A stretch of DNA of 64,000 bases from Chrysomallon squamiferum (Eukaryota; Animalia; Mollusca), in the NCBI GenBank assembly GCA_012295275.1, contig CM022678.1, positions 124,001 through 188,000 on the forward strand, written 5' to 3'. The stretch's first letter is position 1. Each line of letters begins with the position of its first letter. Position numbers and translations under genes: made by a program. Shown piece after piece: positions 57,661 to 64,000 of this stretch. A model generated the notes under the pieces. That model ran no database searches. It had not been told where the DNA came from and saw only the letters and a list, made by a program, of their open reading frames with translations.

Positions 57661-60600
57661 TTAGATAATATATTTATAACCATGCTCCAGTAAATACAAA
57701 ATAATTTCCCTTTTGTTACAATCAAACCTGCAACTCAAAGCTTTATGCAGAGCAGTTTCACCATTGGAATTAATAACATTTACATAAACACCTTTCTGAA
57801 TTACTGTTTTCACAACATCAATATTTCCACACTTAGCTACTAAGTGTAAAATAGAATTGTTATCTTTGTCTGTTACATTAGGATCAGCTCCATGTTCCAG
57901 TAAATAAAGAACTACTTGATGTTTTTTATCATTCAAACATGGATCAAAGTAATTTTTCGTATAATTAACAGCTGCAAAAAGAGGAGTTTCACCTTTACTG
58001 TTTTCCATATTTACATCAAAGCCTTTTTCAATCAGGGCTGTCACAATTTCTGTATTTCCACATTCAGCTGCTAAGTGTAAAACAGAATTGTTATCTTTGT
58101 CTGTTGAGTTAGGATCAACTCCATGTTCCAGTAAATACAAAACTACTTCACATTTTTTACCAAAACATAGGATCAAAGTAATTTTTCATCACAATTAACA
58201 GCTGCAAAAAGAGGAGTTTCACCTGTTGTTTTTCATATTTACATCAAAGCCTTTTTCAGACAGTGCTGTCACAATTTCAGTATTTCCTTGATTAGCTGCT
58301 AGGTGTAAAACAGAATTGTTATCATCATCTGTTAAATTAGGATCAGTTCCATGTTCCAGTAAATACAAAACAACATTGTTCTGTTTATTCTTAACAGCTG
58401 TGAAAAGAGGAGTTTCACCTCTGTTGTTTTTCATATTTATATCAACACCTTTTTCAGTCAGTGCTTTCACAATTTCAATTTCTCCAGACTTAGCTGCTAA
58501 GTGTAAAATAGAATTGTTATCTTTGTATGTTAAATTAGGATCAGCTCCATGTTCTAGTAAATAAAGAACTACTTGATGCTTTAAAACATTGAAATATACA
58601 TCAAAGTAAGTTCTCGTATAATTAACAGCTGTGAAAAGAGGAGTTTCACCTCTGTTGTTTTTCATATTTACATCAAAGCCTTTTTCAATCAGTGCTGTCA
58701 CAATTTCTGTATATCCATGTTCAACTGCTAAGTGTAAAACAGAATTGTTATTACTACCTGTTAAATTAGGATCAGCTCCATGTTCCAGTAAATACAAAAT
58801 AATTTCCATTTTTCATTTGAAATTAAAACCACATCTTGCAAAAGCATGCAAAACGAGGAGCTTTATTCAGAACAGAGTTTCACCATTGGAATTAATAACA
58901 TTTACATCAAAACCTTTTTCAATCAGTGCTGTCACAATTTCAATATTTCCAGATTCAGCTGCTAAGTGTAAAACAGAATTGTTATCATTGTCAGTTAAAT
59001 TAAGATCAGCTCCATGTTCCAGTAAATAAAAAACTACTTTGTTGTTTTTCATTTTATCAATAACTGGTGAATGATATTCATGTTTATCATATTTAATAGC
59101 TAAAGCAAGAGGAGTTTCACCTCTGTTGTTTTTCATATTTATATCAACACCTTTTTCAATCAGTGCTATCACAATTTCAATATTTCCACACTTAGCTGCT
59201 AAGTGTAAAACAGAATTGTTATCTTTGTCTTTTAAGTTAGGATCAGCTCCATGTTCCTGTAAATACAAAAAAACTTTGTTCTGTTTATTCTTAACAGCTG
59301 TGAAAAGAGGAGTTTCACCTCTGTTGTTTTTCATATTTATATCAACACCTTTTTCAACCAGTGCTGTCACAATTTCAATATTTCCATACTTAGCTGCTAA
59401 GTGTAAAACAGAATTGTTATCTTTATCTGTTAAATTAGGATCAGCTCCTTGTTGCAGTAAATACAAAACCAATTTACAATTTTCATGAGTCAGACGTGGA
59501 ACAAATAGACCAAACACACCTACACTACAATTAAAAGCTGCAAAAAGAGGAGTTTCACCTTCACTGTTTTTCATATTTATATCAAAGCCTTTTTCAACCA
59601 GTGCTGTCACAATTTCAATATTTCCATACTTAGCTGCTAAGTGTAAAACAGAATTGTTATCTTTATCTGTTAAGTTAGGATCAGCTCCATGTTCCTGTAA
59701 ATACCAAAAAAATTTGTTCTGTTTATTCTTAACAGCTGTGAAAAGAGGAGTTTCACCTCTGTTGTTTTTCATATTTATATCAACACCTTTTTCAACCAGT
59801 GCTGTCACAATTTCAATATATCCACAGTTAGCTGCTAAGTGTAAAACAGAATTGTTATCTTTATCTGTTAAATTAGGATCAGCTCCTTGTTGCAGTAAAT
59901 ACAAAACCAATTTACAATTTTCATGAGTCAGACGTGGAACAAATAGACCAATTAGACCTACACTACAATTAAAAGCTGCAAAAAGAGGAGTTTCACCTCT
60001 GTTGTTTTTCATATTTATATCAAAGCCTTTTTCAACCAGTGCTGTCACAATTTCAATATTTCCATACTTAGCTGCTAAGTGTAAAACAGAATTGTTATCT
60101 TTATCTGTTAAATTATGATCAGCTCCATGTTCCAGTAAATAAAAAGCTACTTTACATTTTAAATCCCTAACTAATGAATCATATTTATAGTTGTTATAAC
60201 TAAGAGCTAAAGCAAGAGGAGTTTCACCTTCACTGTTTTTCATATTTACATCAAAGCCTTTTTCAACCAGTGCTTTCACAATTTCTATATATCCACAGTT
60301 AGCTGCTAAATGTAAAACAGAATTGTTATTTTTGTATGTTAAATTAGGATCAGCTCCATGTTCCAGTAAAGAAAAAATTACTGTATAGTTTTTACCATAT
60401 TCACATACATCATAGTTAAGAGTGAAAAAACGATATGCATTTTTCGTATAATTAACAGCTGCAAAAAGAGGAGTTTCACCTCTGCTGTTTTTCATATTTA
60501 CATCAACACCTTTTTCAATCAGTGCTGTCACAATTTCAATTTTTCCATGCTTAGCTGCTAAGTGTAAAACAGAATTTTTATCATTGTCTGTTAAATTAGG

Positions 60601-63536
60601 ATCAGCTCCATGTTCCAGTAAATGAAAAACTACTTTACATTTTTCATCATACAGAGATGTTATATAACATTCATATTCTTCATAATTAACAGCTGTAAAA
60701 AGAGGAGTTTCACCTCTGTTGTTTTTCATATTTATATCAACACCTTTTTCAATCAGTGCTGTCACAATTTCAATTTTTCCATACTTAGATGCTAAGTGCA
60801 AAACAGAATTGTTATTTTTGTCTGTTAAATTAAGATCAGCTCCTTGTTTTATTAAGTATAAAGCTATTTCTGGTGTGTTATAATATAAGGAGAAATGAAG
60901 AGGCGTTTCCCCTTTAGTGTTAATTACATTTATATCAACACCCTTTTGTATTACTTTTTTCACCACATCTATGTCAATTTGAGATGCTATGTGCAATGCT
61001 GAATTCTTTTCTTTATCTGTTATGTTAATATCAGCACCATTTTCCAGTAAAAACAAAGCTATTTCCTTTCTGTGTGTCACTGCTTTTGCAGCTTCATGAA
61101 GTGGAGTTTCTCCCTCACTGTTTACTGCATTAACATCAGCATTTCTCTCTATCAGTGATTTTAATATATCCAAGTCACCACGCTGAACTGAAATGTGGAG
61201 AGCTGTGTTTGAAGACAACACATAAGGGTGCAATATACTTGGCATATTTAATCTAATTTGCTCTTCAAAGAAATGAACCAATTTCTCTTTGACAGCTACA
61301 TTGATATTAGGATAAGCACTTTTATCAAGAAGACACTGAACAACATCTGCACTGTTAAACATCACTGCTACTTTCAGTACTTCACTTTTCTTCCAGTTGT
61401 CCTCGTCTGTATCATTACCTATGTGGTCAAACAGAAAATTCACTGTGTCAGCGACTCCCCACATTGCTGCTGCTAAAAGTACTTTATCTCTGTTCTCATC
61501 ATTTATACAATCAGGTTTCAGTTTTACTATTTCTCTTATAACACTTGAAGTACTCTGATAAGCAGCAATGATAGCAATGTCTTTAATTTTGTTGATTATA
61601 TCACAGGTAACCAGTTTCTTAAATAGAGATCTGACATCAACAACTTCAGGAGTATCTGAGTTTTCAAACCACCCGTCACGTGATTTACGTCTTACTTCTC
61701 TATGGAATCTAACCAATAACAGTTTCACAGCGTTTTCCTTGATTTCACTGTTGTCTTTCTCATTGTTTATCATATCAGCCAACAGACAGGCAATGTTCAT
61801 GTTATCTGAATAAATAGAAACATACAACAAGCGGGAACACAGAGTCATCTCCTTTTTACACTGTAACAATTCTTTCAGTATGGTAGCACTGTCTGTTTTT
61901 GAACATGCTGCTGCACTGAATGTATTAAATGTTGGAATGACACCTGATTTTAGCAATATTTTCACAACATCTTCATCACCAAACAAACAAGAAATATCCA
62001 AAAGTTTCTTTTTCTGATATGTTAATTTCATTTTACACAGATTTGATGCAAAAAAGCTTGACAATGTTCTTAGTCCATACGCAACACAGTGACTTGGAAC
62101 AGATGTTAAATTTATTGATTTTTTTTCAACTTTCAAATCATTATGAAGGAGACTTGAAATATTGCTGAGAATTTGATTGGCAGTATTTATATATATGAAT
62201 GATACATAAACAGTTGGAAAGTTTTCTTCAAAAAAATGTATATTTTGGCTACGAAATACATCTTGATCAATTCCACGTAGTCCTTGATGCAGTATTTCAG
62301 ATGTTTTGCCATAAAAGTGTTTTTCCTCTGTCATATACTTAACAAACTCTTCATCTTTCAGTGACGGATGTGAGATAATTTTTCTGAAATTGTCTGATGC
62401 CAGCAAAACAGTAAATCTGCGAGCAAGAACATCAAAGCAGTCAGGTCTCACAGTCATTGTAATGTGACTTTTGTCAGACACTCCAGGTGTCACAACATAT
62501 TCTAACAACATGGAGACAGGACACACTTCTAGCAACTCTGCTGCTTTCTTTGGAAACTCTGATGAAAAAATCAGAAACAAAGAGTCAAACACTGATTGGT
62601 GAATAAATGTGTATCTATTGTCAGAACACTCCAGATACGTACCACACATTATATCAGCTGTTTTCTTTATATCTGTAAGATCTGTGTTTTTTACACTCTG
62701 ACAGACTCGCTCTAGCAGTCTTACTAATTTCATTATGTCACTGTCAGAGGCATTTTCAAATGGATCCAGTGAATCAATGCTGAGACTGCCTTGCTGAAAC
62801 ATGATCAGCAGTAGAACCAGGTAATTAATCTGTGAAGATTTATCATTTTTCAAATTTTCCAGCCCTTGTCTCAGATATTCTACAGGTTTCTCAAAAAACT
62901 TGACTCCTCTTTTTTGTGCATCACTTGAATTAACATAATAAACACACACCTGAGGAAATCCTAACTCTGTACATGTATTGTAATTGCCACAACACCATAC
63001 ATCAGTTTCATTCATTTTAACATCCTTTTGTTTGAGATATCTGTTTAGAATTTCTTTTTTTCATCATAATCCAGACAACAGTCATCACTCTGCAGATCAA
63101 GAACATGATTCTCATTAAACAGACCAAATTCCTTCAAACTAGTTTTACTTTCTAAAATATTTGTTTTCTTAAAGTAATAATACATTTCAAAGAACCTTCC
63201 TGAACAAGACTCCATATCTCTGGAAATTTGAGTTTCCATGATTCTATAAAATCTGAAACGAGATTAGTCTTACCAAATATATCATCAATGAGAACAACAC
63301 TTTTCTTATTTCTAGATAGAGGGATGTCACTGAATCCAGTGTGATGAGTCAGTGAGTAAGATTCTCTTTTTTCTTCATTTTCAATCTTTCTCATCATGCT
63401 CAAAGCTAGAGTTGTCTTTCCTAAACCTGGACTTCCTACTACAATCACAACACCATACTGCTTCAAAAGTTCAACACCTCTTTTCTCTGCTCTTGTTTCA
63501 ACATAGACTCTCCAGTCAGCTGAGTTTAACACTGAC
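57661..63536 (-). CDS. NLR-like STAND NTPase (nSTAND3-type) with helical region and long C-terminal ankyrin array; one large exon broken by several indels; 5' exon(s) not identified
   Basis: Acceptor at 63537-63538; YVETRA..VVIVVGSPGLGKTTLA (Walker A), VVLIDDIFG (Walker B), IITLR (sensor), GFP motif and FIHQSVFD (winged helix), then about 30 ANK repeats across ORFs 58867-63015, 58219-58809 and 57661-58176. Indels at about 63155, 63058, 58810-58870, 58224 and 58190. Confidence 0.85.
58867..63015 (-). CDS. Longest uninterrupted segment (1382 aa) of the STAND-ankyrin gene
   Basis: 4.1-kb ORF with repeated GETPLF..A and NSVLHLAA..G..EIV..L ankyrin consensus. Confidence 0.9.
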   Translation of the reverse strand: MNETDVWCCGNYNTCTELGFPQVCVYYVNSSDAQKRGVKFFEKPVEYLRQGLENLKNDKSSQINYLVLLLIMFQQGSLSIDSLDPFENASDSDIMKLVRLLERVCQSVKNTDLTDIKKTADIMCGTYLECSDNRYTFIHQSVFDSLFLIFSSEFPKKAAELLEVCPVSMLLEYVVTPGVSDKSHITMTVRPDCFDVLARRFTVLLASDNFRKIISHPSLKDEEFVKYMTEEKHFYGKTSEILHQGLRGIDQDVFRSQNIHFFEENFPTVYVSFIYINTANQILSNISSLLHNDLKVEKKSINLTSVPSHCVAYGLRTLSSFFASNLCKMKLTYQKKKLLDISCLFGDEDVVKILLKSGVIPTFNTFSAAACSKTDSATILKELLQCKKEMTLCSRLLYVSIYSDNMNIACLLADMINNEKDNSEIKENAVKLLLVRFHREVRRKSRDGWFENSDTPEVVDVRSLFKKLVTCDIINKIKDIAIIAAYQSTSSVIREIVKLKPDCINDENRDKVLLAAAMWGVADTVNFLFDHIGNDTDEDNWKKSEVLKVAVMFNSADVVQCLLDKSAYPNINVAVKEKLVHFFEEQIRLNMPSILHPYVLSSNTALHISVQRGDLDILKSLIERNADVNAVNSEGETPLHEAAKAVTHRKEIALFLLENGADINITDKEKNSALHIASQIDIDVVKKVIQKGVDINVINTKGETPLHFSLYYNTPEIALYLIKQGADLNLTDKNNNSVLHLASKYGKIEIVTALIEKGVDINMKNNRGETPLFTAVNYEEYECYITSLYDEKCKVVFHLLEHGADPNLTDNDKNSVLHLAAKHGKIEIVTALIEKGVDVNMKNSRGETPLFAAVNYTKNAYRFFTLNYDVCEYGKNYTVIFSLLEHGADPNLTYKNNNSVLHLAANCGYIEIVKALVEKGFDVNMKNSEGETPLALALSYNNYKYDSLVRDLKCKVAFYLLEHGADHNLTDKDNNSVLHLAAKYGNIEIVTALVEKGFDINMKNNRGETPLFAAFNCSVGLIGLFVPRLTHENCKLVLYLLQQGADPNLTDKDNNSVLHLAANCGYIEIVTALVEKGVDINMKNNRGETPLFTAVKNKQNKFFWYLQEHGADPNLTDKDNNSVLHLAAKYGNIEIVTALVEKGFDINMKNSEGETPLFAAFNCSVGVFGLFVPRLTHENCKLVLYLLQQGADPNLTDKDNNSVLHLAAKYGNIEIVTALVEKGVDINMKNNRGETPLFTAVKNKQNKVFLYLQEHGADPNLKDKDNNSVLHLAAKCGNIEIVIALIEKGVDINMKNNRGETPLALAIKYDKHEYHSPVIDKMKNNKVVFYLLEHGADLNLTDNDNNSVLHLAAESGNIEIVTALIEKGFDVNVINSNGETLF

Positions 63537-63813
63537 CTGGTACACTCTGTATTACAGCATTAAAAAACCCCATCTATTATTAATTATTTTGAACATATTT
63601 TACCATTTAGATATAAATAATATAATTTTCAACTGGATATCAGAGGTCAAGTTCTTAAAAGAAAAATGCTATAATTTGTTTCATAAGTTTAGTTCAGCAG
63701 AATTTAATGAAGATAAAAAGTTGTCACAATTTTAGATGGTGTAAAAGTAACAAGATGATTATTTTGTTATTTATGAATTTATTTGGAAATTGTACAAATA
63801 ATAATAAAAAAAT

Positions 63814-63875
<62 letters not shown>

Positions 63876-64000
63876 CTTTGATATTGGATGCTCGCACATC
63901 AGTCTTTGCTGAAATAATATAAAAACAAAACAAGTAAATTTGTGTTATTGATGATCAGTAAAAGAAATGATTGAAGTGATCTGTACAATTACTCTGCATT

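Noticed and set aside
58316-59926. Plus-strand ORFs (KLGSAPCSSK repeats)
   Set aside because: Antisense shadows of the ankyrin reading frame.

Overview
Animal genomic DNA: AT-rich, dense in microsatellites, with spliceosomal introns. The gene and repeat content suggests a mollusc (inference). Three protein-coding loci are supported: (1) a disabled BTB-BACK-PHR (BTBD3/6-like) gene at 11587-13087 (+); (2) a 9-exon secreted sialate O-acetylesterase (SIAE) at 34116-48079 (-), hand-spliced and consistent except for one missing base; (3) an NLR-like STAND NTPase (nSTAND3-type)-ankyrin gene at 57661-63536 (-) whose 5' part was not found. Mobile DNA includes a Tx1/L1-type LINE relic interrupted by a Buster/Charlie hAT with intact TIRs and an 8-bp TSD, a MULE transposase relic, a tRNA-derived SINE and MITE-like pieces. 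Tandem arrays have units of 68, 55, about 85, about 110 and 25 bp. Most notable observations: SIAE intron 2 holds about 70-75 tandem copies of its own catalytic-serine exon end, each framed as acceptor, 59-nt exon and donor; the STAND-ANK protein has near-identical ankyrin scaffolds carrying hypervariable loop insertions; and 21.9-29.1 kb is a mosaic of orphan exons that includes an isolated, decaying 108-bp collagen exon. Several frameshifts fall in homopolymers and may be assembly errors. All protein family calls are from motif recognition by eye; no searches were run.
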